A DNA stretch of 41,625 nt from a virus (IMGVR_UViG_2529293039_000011), one strand, 5' to 3'. Counted from the stretch's first letter, positions 29,354-40,784 are shown. Made by a program: numbers and translations. Notes: a model not told the origin generated them from the sequence alone.

Positions 29354-29751
29354 ACCGACATACACAAATCCGCCAGGTCGTACTGGCACGCCTTCGGGAA
29401 CAGTGTGGAGACAGCGCCACGTTTTTTGACGGGCTTCCGGCATTTGTTGATGCGCAGGAACTGCCTGCCGTGTCGGTGTGGCTGAGTGATGCTCAGTACA
29501 CCGGAAAAATGACGGATGAAGATGACTGGCAGGCTGTTCTGCATATTGCTGTCTTCATCCGGGCACAAGCACCGGATTCAGAGCTGGATATGTGGATGGA
29601 GAGCACCATTTTCCCGGCCCTGAATGATGTACCGGCACTTTCCGGACTCATCGACACCCTGATCCCACTCGGTTTTAACTATCAACGTGATAATGAGATG
29701 GCCACCTGGGCGATGGCGGAAATCACGTACCAGATCACGTACACGAATTAA
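29338..29751 (+). CDS. U: Tail terminator protein U (137 aa)
   Basis: ATFFDGLPAFVDAQELPAVSVWLSDAQYTG and PDSELDMWMES blocks match my recollection of lambda gpU. Confidence 0.85.
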   Translation: MADPMNRHTQIRQVVLARLREQCGDSATFFDGLPAFVDAQELPAVSVWLSDAQYTGKMTDEDDWQAVLHIAVFIRAQAPDSELDMWMESTIFPALNDVPALSGLIDTLIPLGFNYQRDNEMATWAMAEITYQITYTN

Positions 29752-29761
29752 GGAGGTGGTA

Positions 29762-30505
29762 ATGACCACACCAAATCCACTGGCAAAAACGAAAGGTGCG
29801 GGAACGACGTTCTGGATGTATACCGGCAACGGCGACGCATTTGCGAACCCTTTGTCGGACACTGACTGGCTGCGTCTTGCGATGGTGAAGGATCTGCAAC
29901 CTGGCGAAATGACCGCTGATGCAGAAGATGACACTTATCTCGATGATGAAGATGCAGACTGGAAAACGACAACCCAGGGGCAGAAATCCGTTGGTGATAC
30001 TTCGGCGACGCTGGCCTGGCGTCCGGGTGACAGCGGGCAGAAAAAACTGGTTCAGTTGTTCGACTCCGGTGAAGTCTGCGCGTTTCGTATCAAATATCCC
30101 AACGGCACTGTTGATGTTTTCCGTGGCTGGCTGAGCTCACTGGGTAAAACCATTGCCTCAAAAGACGTGATGACCCGCACAGTGAAAATCAGCGGTGTGG
30201 GGCGTCCGTATCTGGCAGAGGAGGGCACTGAAACTGTGGGCGTTACCGGGCTGACGGTGGCACCGGCATCTGCCAGTGTAAAAGTGGGAGCAACCACCAC
30301 GCTGACCTTTACAGTAAAACCTGACGGAGCCAGTGACAAAGCGATCAGTGTGCATTCGACAGATCCACAGACTGCCACGGTGACCCTGAACGGGCTTGTG
30401 GCCACGGTGAAAGGCGTGAAGCAGGGCAGTGTCAGCATTGTGGGCATGACTTCTGACGGCGATTTTGTGGCAGTGGCTGCGGTGGCTGTCAGCGCCGCAG
30501 GTTAA
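29762..30505 (+). CDS. V: Major tail protein V with C-terminal Ig-like domain (247 aa; track ORF begins at 29687)
   Basis: Start preceded by AAGGAGG; KGAGTTFWMYTGNGDAFANPLSD...YLDDEDADW matches my recollection of lambda gpV. Confidence 0.9.
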   Translation: MTTPNPLAKTKGAGTTFWMYTGNGDAFANPLSDTDWLRLAMVKDLQPGEMTADAEDDTYLDDEDADWKTTTQGQKSVGDTSATLAWRPGDSGQKKLVQLFDSGEVCAFRIKYPNGTVDVFRGWLSSLGKTIASKDVMTRTVKISGVGRPYLAEEGTETVGVTGLTVAPASASVKVGATTTLTFTVKPDGASDKAISVHSTDPQTATVTLNGLVATVKGVKQGSVSIVGMTSDGDFVAVAAVAVSAAG

Positions 30506-30526
30506 CAGGACGATACTCATCATTTG

Positions 30527-30550
30527 CCCCGGTTATCCGGGGCTTTTTTT
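30527..30550 (+). terminator. Intrinsic terminator/attenuator between V and G
   Basis: Hairpin CCCCGG-TTAT-CCGGGG followed by CTTTTTTT. Confidence 0.5.
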
Positions 30551-30562
30551 CAGGTGGAGAAC

Positions 30563-30952
30563 ATGATGTTTCTGAAACAGGGCACGTTTAATTATGAAAA
30601 GCAGTCCGTGGTGCTCAGTGAGCTGTCCGGGCTGCAGAGAATTGAATATCTGGCGTTTGTTCAGCAGCGAACGGCAAAGTTTGATGCCGAAGAGGGAGAA
30701 CTGCCGGAGGCTGAACGACAGATTGCTTTTCTGCGGATGGGGATGGATATCAATGCCTGGCTGGTTTCCCGCTCACAGTGGAATGCGGATCAGTCTAAGG
30801 ATGTAGAGACGCTTTGCGCATCCGTTATTACAACATGGTCGTATGATGCCCTGGGTGCGGGGGCGGAGATGGTTCTGTCGCTGAGCGGTATGGGGACCAT
30901 TGATAATGCCGGGGATGATGAGCATGAGGCGCTGACGCCGGAAAAGTCCTGA
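30563..30952 (+). CDS. G: Tail assembly chaperone G (129 aa; track ORF begins at 30524)
   Basis: Start at ATGATG after GGTGGAGAAC; MMFLKQGTFNYEKQSVVLSELSGLQRIEYL resembles lambda gpG. Confidence 0.85.
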   Translation: MMFLKQGTFNYEKQSVVLSELSGLQRIEYLAFVQQRTAKFDAEEGELPEAERQIAFLRMGMDINAWLVSRSQWNADQSKDVETLCASVITTWSYDALGAGAEMVLSLSGMGTIDNAGDDEHEALTPEKS

Positions 30953-31290
30953 CGCGGGAAATGCAGTTTGTCATGCGGCTTGCCCGGGAGTTCCGGCGGG
31001 CAGACTGGCGGCGGATGCTGTCGGAAATGTCGGCCACTGAGCTTGGTGAGTGGGGCGATTATTTCCGGATGCAGAGCTTCAGTGATGTGTGGATGGATGC
31101 GCAGTTTGCCTCGCTGAAGGCATTGATCGTGAGAATGGTGTCCGGCAGCAGTGATGCTGCGGTGGCTGATTTCAGCCTTTTACCGGAAGAGAACGGGATA
31201 CCGGAGCGAACGGACGAAGAACTGATGCATCTTGGGGAAGGTATTTCCGGAGGTGTGCGTTATGGACCAGATAGCCAACCTGGTCATTGA
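30928..31290 (+). CDS. T: T-frame segment, probably expressed as a G-T fusion by -1 ribosomal frameshift near the end of G
   Basis: The -1 frame is open from 30928 through the G stop and continues to 31290; candidate slip site CCGGAAAAG at 30938..30946. Confidence 0.55.
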   Translation, partial: GADAGKVLTREMQFVMRLAREFRRADWRRMLSEMSATELGEWGDYFRMQSFSDVWMDAQFASLKALIVRMVSGSSDAAVADFSLLPEENGIPERTDEELMHLGEGISGGVRYGPDSQPGH

Positions 31291-34200
31291 TTTGGGGATT
31301 GATGCGGCAGAGTTTAAAAATGAAATCCCCCGTATCAAAAACCTTCTGAATGGTGCAGCCAGCGATGCAGAACGGTCTTCTGCCCGTATGCAGCGTTTTA
31401 TGGAGCGTCAGACTCAGGCCGCCCGGCAGACAACGCAGGCGGCTTCTTCGGCTGCAACAGCCGCATCCGTCCATGCGCAGACGGTGGAGAAGAACGCACA
31501 GGCTCATGAACGCATGGCCCGCGAGGTGGAGAAAACCCGCCAGCGCATGGAGGCGCTGAGCCAGAAAATGCGCGAGGAACAGGCGCAGGCCATGGCTCTG
31601 GCGGAGGCTCAGGATAAAGCGGCTGCTGCGTTTTATCGTCAGATTGACAGTGTGAAACAGGCCAGTGCGGGGCTGCAGGAATTACAGCGTATTCAGCAGC
31701 AGATCCGACAGGCCAGAAACAGTGGCGGGATTGGTCAGCAGGATTATCTGGCGCTGATTTCTGAGGTTACGGCGAAAACCCGTGTTCTTACACAGGCTGA
31801 GGAAGAGGGTACCCGACAGAAAGTGGCGTTTATCCGTCAGCTTAAAGAGCAGGCAACCCGCCAGAATCTTTCATCTTCTGAGTTGCTTCGTGCTAAGGCT
31901 GCCCAGCTGGGGGTAAGCAGTGCTGCAGAAGTGTATATCCGCAAAATGGAGCAGGCAGGAAAAGCCACGCATTCGCTGGGTCTGAAAAGTGCAGCGGCCC
32001 GCCAGGAGATAGGCGTTCTGATAGGTGAACTGGCCCGCGGCAATTTAGGGGCGCTGAGGGGATCCGGGATAACGCTGGCTAACCGTGCCGGATGGATAGA
32101 CACACTGATGTCACCGAAAGGCATGATGCTGGGCGGGGTTATTGGCGGTATTGCCGCAGCTGTCTATGGTCTGGGTAAAGCCTGGTATGACGGTCAGAAG
32201 GAGGGGGAAGAATTTAACCGCCAGCTGTCGCTGACGGGGCATTATGCCGGAGTCACTGCCGGGCAGCTGTGGACGCTCAGTCGTGCTATTTCCGGGAATG
32301 GTATCACGCAACATGCTGCAGCCGGTGCGCTGGCTCAGGTGGTGGGGAGTGGTGCATTTCGTGGAAACGATATCGGTATGGTGGCGAGAGCTGCCGCACA
32401 GATGGAGCGATCGGTTGGCCAGTCGGTCAGCGATACCATAAGTCAGTTTAAGCGGCTGAAGGATGATCCTGTAAATGCCGCGAAGGCTCTGGACAATGAG
32501 CTGCATTTTCTTACTGCCACTCAGCTTGAGCAGATACGCGTCCTTGGGGAACAGGGGCGGTCCAGTGATGCGGCACGGATAGCCATGTCTGCACTGGCAG
32601 AGGAAACCGGTCGGCGTACTGCGGATATTGATAATAACCTCAATGCGCTGGGCAGTACGCTGAAGTATCTGTCTGATTTATGGAGTCGTTTCTGGGATGC
32701 GGCCATGAATATTGGTCGTGAAGACTCGCTGGATGAACAGATTTCCGCTTTACAGGAGAAAGTGTCGCGGGCGAAAAGACTCCCCTGGACGGCATCATCT
32801 TCTCAGGTTGAGTACGATCAGCAGCGTCTTAACGAGCTTCAGGAAAAAAACGCCAGAAGGATTTGCAGGATGCAAAAGAGCAGGCAGAGCGGAATTATCA
32901 GGAGCAACAGAAACGCCGTAATGCTGAAAATGCTGCACTGAACCGGATGAATGAAACGGAAGCAGCACGACATCAGCGTGAAATTGCGCGTATTAATGCC
33001 ATGCAGTACGCCGATCAGACTGTCAGGGATGCGGCGATACAACGTGAAAATGAACGTTACGAGAAAGCCCTGGCATCCGGTAAGAAAAAAACACGCGAAA
33101 CCCGTAATGATGAGGCCACCCGGTTATTGCTGCAGTACAGTCAGCAACAGGCACAGGTGGAAGGACAGATTGCTGCTGCCAGACAGTCAGCAGGCATTGC
33201 CACGGAAAGGATGACAGAAGCGCATAAACAGCTTCTGGCTCTGCAGCAGCGCATCAGCGACCTGGACGGGAAAAAACTGACGGCAGATGAAAAGAGTGTG
33301 CTGGCCCGTAAAGATGAACTGATTCAGGCACTGACGCTGCTGGATGTAAAACAGCAGGAGCTTCAGAAACAGACGGCACTCAACGAGCTGAAGAAAAAAA
33401 CAATTCAGCTGACCAGTCAACTGGCTGAAGAAGAGCGTGCTCAGCGTCAACAACATAATCTGGATATCGCCACGGTGGGTATGGGTGATCAGCAGCGGCA
33501 GCGATATCAGGTACAACTGAGTCTTCGTCAGAAATACCAGCAACAGCTGGAGCAGTTGAGGCGGGATAGTGAGCAGAAAGGGACATATAACACGGATGAC
33601 TACAGAAAGGCCGAGCAGGCGCTGACGGAGAGCCTGAACCGACAACTGAATGAGAATCGCCGTTACTGGCAACAGCTTGAAATTGCTCAGGGTAACTGGA
33701 AAAACGGAGTCCTGCGTGCACTCCAGAATGTCACTGAGAATGCGGATAACACAGCCTGGACAGTGGAACAGTTGTTCACGTCTGCGTTCAGTAGCATGAG
33801 TGACTGGCTGGCGACATTCTGTACTACAGGCAAACTCAATTTCAAATCTTTTACTTCTTCTGTGCTGTCAGATATGTCCAGAATCATGGCTCAGATAGCT
33901 TTAATGAAAGCGGTAAAAGGCATTGCTTCCGCGCTGCCTTTTGATTTTGTAGCCAATGCTGATGGCGGTGTTTATCAGTCGGCTGATTTGAGTCGCTACA
34001 GTGGCACGGTGGTTAACCGTCCGACGTTTTTTGCTTTTGCAAAAGGCGCGGGTGTGATGGGGGAAGCGGGACCTGAAGCCATTCTGCCATTGCGTCGTGG
34101 TGCTGACGGTAAGCTGGGGGGGGTGGCGGATATTGGGGGTTCAGGTATGGCGATGTTTTCCCCGCAGTACAACATCGAGATCAATAACGATGGCACGAAC

Positions 34201-34317
34201 GGGCAGATAGGTCCGGCTGCCCTGAAGGCGGTTTATGACCTCGGGAAAAAAGCGGCAGCGGACTTTATGCAACAGCAGGCCCGTGATGGTGGTCGGTTAA
34301 GTGGAGCATATCGGTAA
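31262..34317 (+). pseudogene. H: Tail tape-measure protein H, interrupted by a 1-nt frameshift at an A7 run (track ORFs 31232..32941 and 32863..34317)
   Basis: N-terminus MDQIANLVIDLGIDAAEF and C-terminus INNDGTNGQIGPAALKAVYD... parallel my recollection of lambda gpH; the span is 3056 nt, not a multiple of 3. Confidence 0.8.
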
Positions 34318-34646
34318 TGGAGACGTTTCACTGGAAAGTGCGCCCGGATATGAATGTGGTATCAGAGCCGAAAGTGGTGACAGTGAAGCTGGGCGATGGT
34401 TATGAACAGCGTCGTGCGGCGGGACTGAATAACCAGTTGTCGACTTACAGCGTGACGATACGTGTTCGTAAATGTGAACACCCATCTTTAAAAGCCTTTC
34501 TGGAACGGCACGGTGGCGTCCGCGCATTTCAGTGGACGCCACCTTATGACTGGAAACCGATTAGGGTGGTTTGTCGTAAATGGTCGGCAAGCGTGGGGGC
34601 GCTGTGGGTAACCATAACGGCAGATTTTGAACAGGTCGTGGCATAG
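34317..34646 (+). CDS. M: Minor tail protein M (109 aa)
   Basis: METFHWKVRPDMNVVSEPKVVTVKLGDGYEQRRAAGLN... matches my recollection of lambda gpM. Confidence 0.9.
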   Translation: METFHWKVRPDMNVVSEPKVVTVKLGDGYEQRRAAGLNNQLSTYSVTIRVRKCEHPSLKAFLERHGGVRAFQWTPPYDWKPIRVVCRKWSASVGALWVTITADFEQVVA

Positions 34647-34655
34647 GAGGCTCTG

Positions 34656-35354
34656 ATGCAGGATATTCCACAGGAAACACATCATGAGACGACACGCCTC
34701 ACTCAGTCAGCCCAGGTGGTGCTCTGGGAAATCGATCTGACAGAGGTCGGTGGTGAACGTTATTTTTTCTGTAATGAGCAGAACGAAAAAGGTGAGCCGG
34801 TTACCTGGCAGGGGCGGCAGTATCAGGCATACCCCATTCAGGGGACAGGATTTGAACTGAACGGCAAGGGCAGTGCTGCCCGTCCGACACTGACGGTTTC
34901 TAACCTGCACGGCATGGTCACGGGGATGGCGGAAGACCTGCAGAGTCTGGTCGGCGGAACGGTGGTCAGGCGTAAGGTTTACGCCCGTTTTCTGGATGCG
35001 GTGAACTTCGTCAACGGAAACAGCGACGCCGATCCGGAGCAGGAGGTGATCAGCCGCTGGCGCATCGAGCAGTGCAGCGAACTGAGTGCGGTCAGTGCCT
35101 CCTTTGTGTTGTCCACACCGACGGAAACGGATGGTGCTGTTTTTCCGGGGCGTATCATGCTGGCCAACACCTGCACCTGGACCTATCGCGGTGATGAGTG
35201 TGGTTATCACGGTCCGGCTGTCGCGGATGAATATGACCAGCCGACGTCCGATATCACGAAGGATAAATGCAGCAAATGCCTGAGCGGCTGTAAGTTTCGC
35301 AATAACGTCGGCAACTTTGGCGGCTTCCTTTCCATTAACAAACTTTCGCAGTAA
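34656..35354 (+). CDS. L: Minor tail protein L (232 aa)
   Basis: Full-length match to my recollection of lambda gpL, including the C-terminal Cys cluster CSKCLSGCKF. Confidence 0.9.
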   Translation: MQDIPQETHHETTRLTQSAQVVLWEIDLTEVGGERYFFCNEQNEKGEPVTWQGRQYQAYPIQGTGFELNGKGSAARPTLTVSNLHGMVTGMAEDLQSLVGGTVVRRKVYARFLDAVNFVNGNSDADPEQEVISRWRIEQCSELSAVSASFVLSTPTETDGAVFPGRIMLANTCTWTYRGDECGYHGPAVADEYDQPTSDITKDKCSKCLSGCKFRNNVGNFGGFLSINKLSQ

Positions 35355-35358
35355 TCCC

Positions 35359-36102
35359 ATGACACAGACAGAATCAGAGATTCTGGCGCACGCCCGGCGA
35401 TGTGCGCCAGCGGAGTCGTGCGGCTTCGTGGTAAGCACGCCGGAGGGGGAAAGATATTTCCCCTGCGTGAATATCTCCGGTGAGCCGGAGGCGTATTTCC
35501 GTATGTCGCCGGAAGACTGGCTGCAGGCAGAAATGCAGGGTGAGGTGGTGGCGCTGGTCCACAGCCACCCCGCTGGTCTGCCCTGGCTGAGTGAGGCCGA
35601 CCGGCGGCTGCAGGTGCAGAGTGATTTGCCGTGGTGGCTGGTCTGCCGGGGGACAATTCATAAGTTCCGCTGTGTGCCGCATCTCACCGGGCGGCGCTTT
35701 GAGCACGGGGTGACGGACTGTTACACGCTGTTCCGGGATGCTTATCATCTGGCGGGGATTGAGATGCCGGATTTTCATCGCGAGGATGACTGGTGGCGTC
35801 ACGGCCAGAATCTCTATCTGGATAATCTGGAGGCAACGGGGCTGTATCAGGTGCCGTTGTCAGCGGCGCAGCCGGGCGATGTGCTGCTGTGCTGTTTTGG
35901 TTCATCGGTGCCGAATCATGCCGCCATTTACTGCGGCGACGGCGAGCTGCTGCACCATATTCCTGAACAACTGAGTAAACGAGAGAGGTATACCGACAAA
36001 TGGCAGCGACGCACACACTCCCTCTGGCGTCACCGGGCATGGCACGCATCTGCCTTTACGGGGATTTACAACGATTTGGTCGCCGCATCGACCTTCGTGT
36101 AA
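35359..36102 (+). CDS. K: Tail assembly protein K (MPN/JAB plus NlpC/P60 domains, about 247 aa; track ORF begins at 35317)
   Basis: MTQTESEILAHARRCAPAESCGFVVSTPEGERYF... with HSHP JAMM-like motif; matches my recollection of lambda gpK. Confidence 0.9.
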   Translation: MTQTESEILAHARRCAPAESCGFVVSTPEGERYFPCVNISGEPEAYFRMSPEDWLQAEMQGEVVALVHSHPAGLPWLSEADRRLQVQSDLPWWLVCRGTIHKFRCVPHLTGRRFEHGVTDCYTLFRDAYHLAGIEMPDFHREDDWWRHGQNLYLDNLEATGLYQVPLSAAQPGDVLLCCFGSSVPNHAAIYCGDGELLHHIPEQLSKRERYTDKWQRRTHSLWRHRAWHASAFTGIYNDLVAASTFV

Positions 36103-36641
36103 AAACGGGGGCCGAAGCTATCCGTGCGCTGGCCACACAGATCCCGGCGTTTCGTCAGAAACTGAATGAGGGCTGGTATCAGGTGCGCATTGCCGGGCGT
36201 GATGCAGGCGAAACCGAATTATCTGCCCGTCTTAATGAGCCGCTGGCAAATGGTGCCGTGATCCACATTGTGCCGCGTCTGGCGGGTGCCAAAAGTGGCG
36301 GTGTTTTTCAGGCAGTGCTGGGTGCGGCGCTGATTGCTACGGCAATCTGGATGCCGGGAATCAGTATCGCTTTCAGTGACATTCTCTTTTCTATGGGGGC
36401 AGCGATGACGCTTGGTGGTGTTGCACAGATGCTGGCTCCTAAACCCCAAACCCCCCGAACGCAGACAACGGATAACGGCAAACAGAACACCTATTTCTCC
36501 TCACTGGATAACATGGTTGCCCAGGGCAATGTTCTGCCTGTTCTGTACGGTGAAATGCGCGTGGGGTCTCGTGTGGTTTCTCAGGAGATCAGCACGGCAG
36601 ATGAAGGGGACGGTGGTCAGGTTGTGGTGATTGGCCGCTGA
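36000..36641 (+). CDS. I: Tail assembly protein I (213 aa), 5' end overlapping K
   Basis: MAATHTLPLASPGMARICLYGDLQRFGRRIDLRVKTGAEAIRAL... matches my recollection of lambda gpI. Confidence 0.85.
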   Translation: MAATHTLPLASPGMARICLYGDLQRFGRRIDLRVKTGAEAIRALATQIPAFRQKLNEGWYQVRIAGRDAGETELSARLNEPLANGAVIHIVPRLAGAKSGGVFQAVLGAALIATAIWMPGISIAFSDILFSMGAAMTLGGVAQMLAPKPQTPRTQTTDNGKQNTYFSSLDNMVAQGNVLPVLYGEMRVGSRVVSQEISTADEGDGGQVVVIGR

Positions 36642-36660
36642 TGCAAAATATTTCATGTGA

Positions 36661-36687
36661 AACCGCCTCCGGGCGGTTTTGTCGTTT
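36661..36687 (+). terminator. Candidate hairpin/attenuator between I and J
   Basis: Hairpin AACCGCC-TCCG-GGCGGTT followed by TTGTCGTTT. Confidence 0.35.
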
Positions 36688-36701
36688 ATGGAGCATGACG
36701 A

Positions 36702-39700
36702 ATGGGTAAAGGCAGCAGTAAGGGGCATACCCCGCGCGAAGCGAAGGACAACCTCAAATCCACGCAGTTGCTGAGTGTGATTGATGCCATCAGCGAAGGG
36801 CCGATTGAAGGTCCGGTGGATGGATTAAAAAGCGTGCTGCTGAACAGTACGCCGGTGCTGGACAGTGAAGGTAATACCAACATCTCCGGTGTCACGGTGG
36901 TGTTCCGGGCCGGTGAGCAGGAGCAGACACCGCCGGAGGGATTTGAATCCTCCGGCTCTGAGACGGTGCTGGGTACGGAAGTGAAATACGACACGCCGAT
37001 CACCCGCACCATCACGTCGGCAAACATCGATCGTCTGCGCTTTACTTTCGGTGTGCAGGCACTGGTGGAAACCACCTCAAAGGGGGACCGGAATCCGTCG
37101 GAAGTCCGCCTGCTGGTTCAGATACAGCGTAACGGTGGCTGGGTGACGGAAAAAGACATCACCATTAAAGGCAAAACCACCTCACAGTATCTGGCATCGG
37201 TGGTGGTGGGTAACCTGCCGCCGCGCCCGTTCAATATCCGGATGCGCAGGATGACGCCGGACAGCACCACAGACCAGCTGCAGAACAAAACGCTCTGGTC
37301 GTCATACACCGAAATCATCGATGTGAAACAGTGCTACCCGAACACGGCACTGGTCGGCGTACAGGTGGATTCGGAGCAGTTCGGCAGCCAGCAGGTGAGC
37401 CGTAATTATCATCTGCGCGGGCGTATTCTGCAGGTGCCGTCGAACTATAACCCGCAGACGCGGCAATACAGCGGTATCTGGGACGGAACGTTTAAGCCAG
37501 CATACAGCAATAACATGGCCTGGTGTCTGTGGGATATGCTGACCCATCCACGCTACGGCATGGGGAAACGTCTTGGTGCGGCGGATGTGGACAAATGGGC
37601 GCTGTATGTCATCGGCCAGTACTGCGACCAGTCAGTGCCGGACGGCTTTGGCGGCACGGAGCCGCGCATCACCTGTAATGCGTACCTGACCACACAGCGC
37701 AAGGCGTGGGATGTGCTCAGTGATTTCTGCTCGGCGATGCGCTGTATGCCGGTATGGAACGGGCAGACGCTGACGTTCGTGCAGGACCGACCGTCGGATA
37801 AGGTGTGGACCTATAACCGCAGTAATGTGGTGATGCCGGATGATGGCGCGCCGTTCCGCTACAGCTTCAGCGCCCTGAAAGACCGCCATAATGCCGTTGA
37901 GGTGAACTGGATTGACCCGAACAACGGCTGGGAGACGGCGACAGAGCTTGTGGAGGATACGCAGGCCATTGCCCGTTACGGTCGTAACGTCACGAAGATG
38001 GATGCTTTTGGCTGTACCAGCCGGGGGCAGGCACACCGCGCCGGGCTGTGGCTGATTAAAACAGAACTGCTGGAAACGCAGACCGTGGACTTCAGCGTGG
38101 GCGCAGAAGGGCTTCGCCATGTGCCGGGCGATGTCATTGAAATCTGTGATGATGACTATGCCGGTATCAGCATCGGCGGGCGCGTGCTGGCGGTAAACAG
38201 CCAGACCCGGACGCTGACGCTCGACCGTGAAATCACGCTGCCATCCTCCGGTACCACGCTGATAAGCCAGGTTGACGGAAGTGGCAATCCGGTCAGCGTG
38301 GAGGTCCAGTCCGTCACCGACGGCGTGAAGGTAAAAGTGAGCCGTGTTCCTGACGGCGTTGCCGGATACAGCGTGTGGGGGCTGAAGCTGCCGACGCTGC
38401 GCCAGCGCCTGTTCCGCTGCGTGAGTATCCGTGAGAACGACGACGGCACGTATGCCATCACCGCCGTGCAGCATGTACCGGAAAAAGAAGCCATCGTGGA
38501 TAACGGGGCGCACTTTGACGGCGACCAGAGCGGCACGGTGAATGGTGTCACGCCGCCAGCGGTGCAGCACCTGACTGCCGAAGTCACCGCAGACAGCGGG
38601 GAGTATCAGGTACTGGCCCGCTGGGATACGCCGAAGGTGGTGAAGGGCGTGAGTTTCATGCTTCGCCTGACCGTGGCAGCGGATGACGGCAGTGAGCGGC
38701 TGGTCAGCACAGCCCGGACGGCGGAAACCACATACCGCTTCACACAACTGGCGCTGGGGAACTACAGGCTGACAGTCCGGGCAGTAAATGCGTGGGGGCA
38801 GCAGGGCGATCCGGCATCGGTATCGTTCCGGATTGCCGCACCGGCAGCGCCGTCGCGGATTGAGCTGACGCCGGGTTATTTTCAGATCACCGCCACGCCG
38901 CATCTTGCGGTTTATGATCCGACGGTACAGTTTGAGTTCTGGTTTTCGGAAAAGCGGATTACCGATATCAGGCAGGTTGAAACCAGCGCGCGCTATCTTG
39001 GCACGGGGATGTACTGGATAGCCGCCAGTATCAATATCAAACCGGGCCATGATTATTACTTTTATATCCGCAGTGTGAACACCGTTGGCAAATCGGCATT
39101 CGTGGAGGCTGTCGGTCAGGCGAGCGATGATGCGGAAGGTTACCTGGATTTTTTCAAAGGCCAGATAACCGAATCCCATCTCGGCAAGGAGCTGCTGGAA
39201 AAAGTCGAGCTGACGGAGGATAACGCCAGCAAACTGGAGGAGTTTTCGAAAGAGTGGCAGGACGCTAACGATAAGTGGAATGCCATGTGGGGCGTCAAAA
39301 TTGAGCAGACCAAAGACGGCAAACATTATGTCGCGGGTATTGGCCTCAGCATGGAGGACACGGAAGAAGGCAAGCTGAGCCAGTTTCTGGTTGCCGCTAA
39401 CCGTATCGCGTTTATTGACCCGGCAAACGGGAATGAAACGCCGATGTTTGTGGCGCAGGGCAATCAGATATTTATGAACGACGTGTTCCTGAAGCGCCTG
39501 ACGGCCCCGACCATTACCAGTGGTGGAAATCCACCGGCATTTTCCCTGACATCAGACGGAAAGCTGACCGCTAAAAATGCGGATATCAGTGGCAGAGTGA
39601 ATGCGAACGCCGGGACGCTCAACAATGTCACGGTAAATGAAAACTGTACGATTAAGGGCATGCTGGAGGCGACTCAGGTCAGAGGTGACTTCGTTAAAGC

Positions 39701-40115
39701 TGTATCCAAATCATTTCCGAAACAGGCTGGTACGTGGGGTAACACGGAAACACCAAACGGGACGGTTACAGTCACCATCAGCGATGATCATAACTTTGAC
39801 CGTCAAATCATTATTCCGCCCATTATCTTTAACGGAATAGCGTATAGCTATCCGGGAAGTGGTAATAACCCGGGAGGTACAAGATACACGGGTTATGGTT
39901 TTGAAGTTCGCAAAAACGGTGTATTAATCGCATCCAGAGAAACTAAAGGGGCCATTCCCGGTAGCTACAGTGCGGTTATTGATATGCCGAGTGGCAGGGG
40001 AAGCGTCACTCTGGAGTTTAAGGTTTTCCATAAAGGCAATCAGTGGGCAGGTAATATCACCGACTGTACGGTGATTGTGACCAAAAAAGCCGCTTCCGGC
40101 ATCAGTATTCGTTGA
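36702..40115 (+). CDS. J: Central tail fiber / host specificity protein J (1137 aa) with a divergent C-terminal receptor-binding region
   Basis: First roughly 980 residues match my recollection of lambda J; the last roughly 150 residues diverge. Confidence 0.92.
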   Translation: MGKGSSKGHTPREAKDNLKSTQLLSVIDAISEGPIEGPVDGLKSVLLNSTPVLDSEGNTNISGVTVVFRAGEQEQTPPEGFESSGSETVLGTEVKYDTPITRTITSANIDRLRFTFGVQALVETTSKGDRNPSEVRLLVQIQRNGGWVTEKDITIKGKTTSQYLASVVVGNLPPRPFNIRMRRMTPDSTTDQLQNKTLWSSYTEIIDVKQCYPNTALVGVQVDSEQFGSQQVSRNYHLRGRILQVPSNYNPQTRQYSGIWDGTFKPAYSNNMAWCLWDMLTHPRYGMGKRLGAADVDKWALYVIGQYCDQSVPDGFGGTEPRITCNAYLTTQRKAWDVLSDFCSAMRCMPVWNGQTLTFVQDRPSDKVWTYNRSNVVMPDDGAPFRYSFSALKDRHNAVEVNWIDPNNGWETATELVEDTQAIARYGRNVTKMDAFGCTSRGQAHRAGLWLIKTELLETQTVDFSVGAEGLRHVPGDVIEICDDDYAGISIGGRVLAVNSQTRTLTLDREITLPSSGTTLISQVDGSGNPVSVEVQSVTDGVKVKVSRVPDGVAGYSVWGLKLPTLRQRLFRCVSIRENDDGTYAITAVQHVPEKEAIVDNGAHFDGDQSGTVNGVTPPAVQHLTAEVTADSGEYQVLARWDTPKVVKGVSFMLRLTVAADDGSERLVSTARTAETTYRFTQLALGNYRLTVRAVNAWGQQGDPASVSFRIAAPAAPSRIELTPGYFQITATPHLAVYDPTVQFEFWFSEKRITDIRQVETSARYLGTGMYWIAASINIKPGHDYYFYIRSVNTVGKSAFVEAVGQASDDAEGYLDFFKGQITESHLGKELLEKVELTEDNASKLEEFSKEWQDANDKWNAMWGVKIEQTKDGKHYVAGIGLSMEDTEEGKLSQFLVAANRIAFIDPANGNETPMFVAQGNQIFMNDVFLKRLTAPTITSGGNPPAFSLTSDGKLTAKNADISGRVNANAGTLNNVTVNENCTIKGMLEATQVRGDFVKAVSKSFPKQAGTWGNTETPNGTVTVTISDDHNFDRQIIIPPIIFNGIAYSYPGSGNNPGGTRYTGYGFEVRKNGVLIASRETKGAIPGSYSAVIDMPSGRGSVTLEFKVFHKGNQWAGNITDCTVIVTKKAASGISIR

Positions 40116-40136
40116 AATTGTTATAACCCATATAAG

Positions 40137-40163
40137 GGCACCAGAAATGGTGCCTTTTTTATT
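40137..40163 (+). terminator. Intrinsic terminator after J
   Basis: Hairpin GGCACCAGAAATGGTGCC followed by TTTTTTATT. Confidence 0.55.
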
Positions 40164-40184
40164 GCAGAAAAGCGAGAGGTAATT

Positions 40185-40784
40185 ATGCGTAAAGTTTGTG
40201 CAGCCATTTTGTCCGCAGCCATCTGTCTGGCCGTATCCGGTGCGCCTGCATGGGCGTCTGAACATCAGTCCACACTGAGCGCGGGGTATCTTCATGCCCG
40301 GACGAACGCTCCCGGTAGCGATAATCTTAACGGGATTAACGTGAAATACCGTTATGAATTTACGGACACGCTGGGGCTGGTGACGTCATTCAGCTATGCA
40401 GGAGACAAGAATCGCCAGCTTACCCGTTACAGCGATACCCGCTGGCATGAAGATTCCGTGCGTAACCGCTGGTTCAGCGTGATGGCGGGGCCGTCTGTGC
40501 GCGTGAATGAATGGTTCAGCGCGTATGCGATGGCGGGTGTGGCTTACAGCCGTGTGTCGACTTTCTCCGGGGATTATCTTCGCGTAACTGACAACAAGGG
40601 GAAAACGCACGATGTGCTGACCGGAAGTGATGACGGTCGCCACAGCGACACCTCTCTGGCGTGGGGAGCTGGCGTGCAGTTTAACCCGACCGAATCCGTG
40701 GCCATTGATATTGCTTATGAAGGCTCCGGCAGTGGCGACTGGCGCACTGACGGTTTCATCGTGGGTGTCGGTTATAAATTCTGA
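40185..40784 (+). CDS. lom: Lom-like outer-membrane beta-barrel protein (Ail/Lom family, 199 aa)
   Basis: Signal peptide then beta-barrel repeats; C-terminal [23 protein letters not shown] matches my recollection of lambda Lom. Confidence 0.88.

Noticed and set aside
37632-39326. 564-aa ORF on the minus strand inside J
   Set aside because: It is antisense to a region of J with strong expected homology, has no ribosome-binding site, and has an Arg/Pro/Gly-rich composition typical of antisense frames in GC-rich coding DNA.
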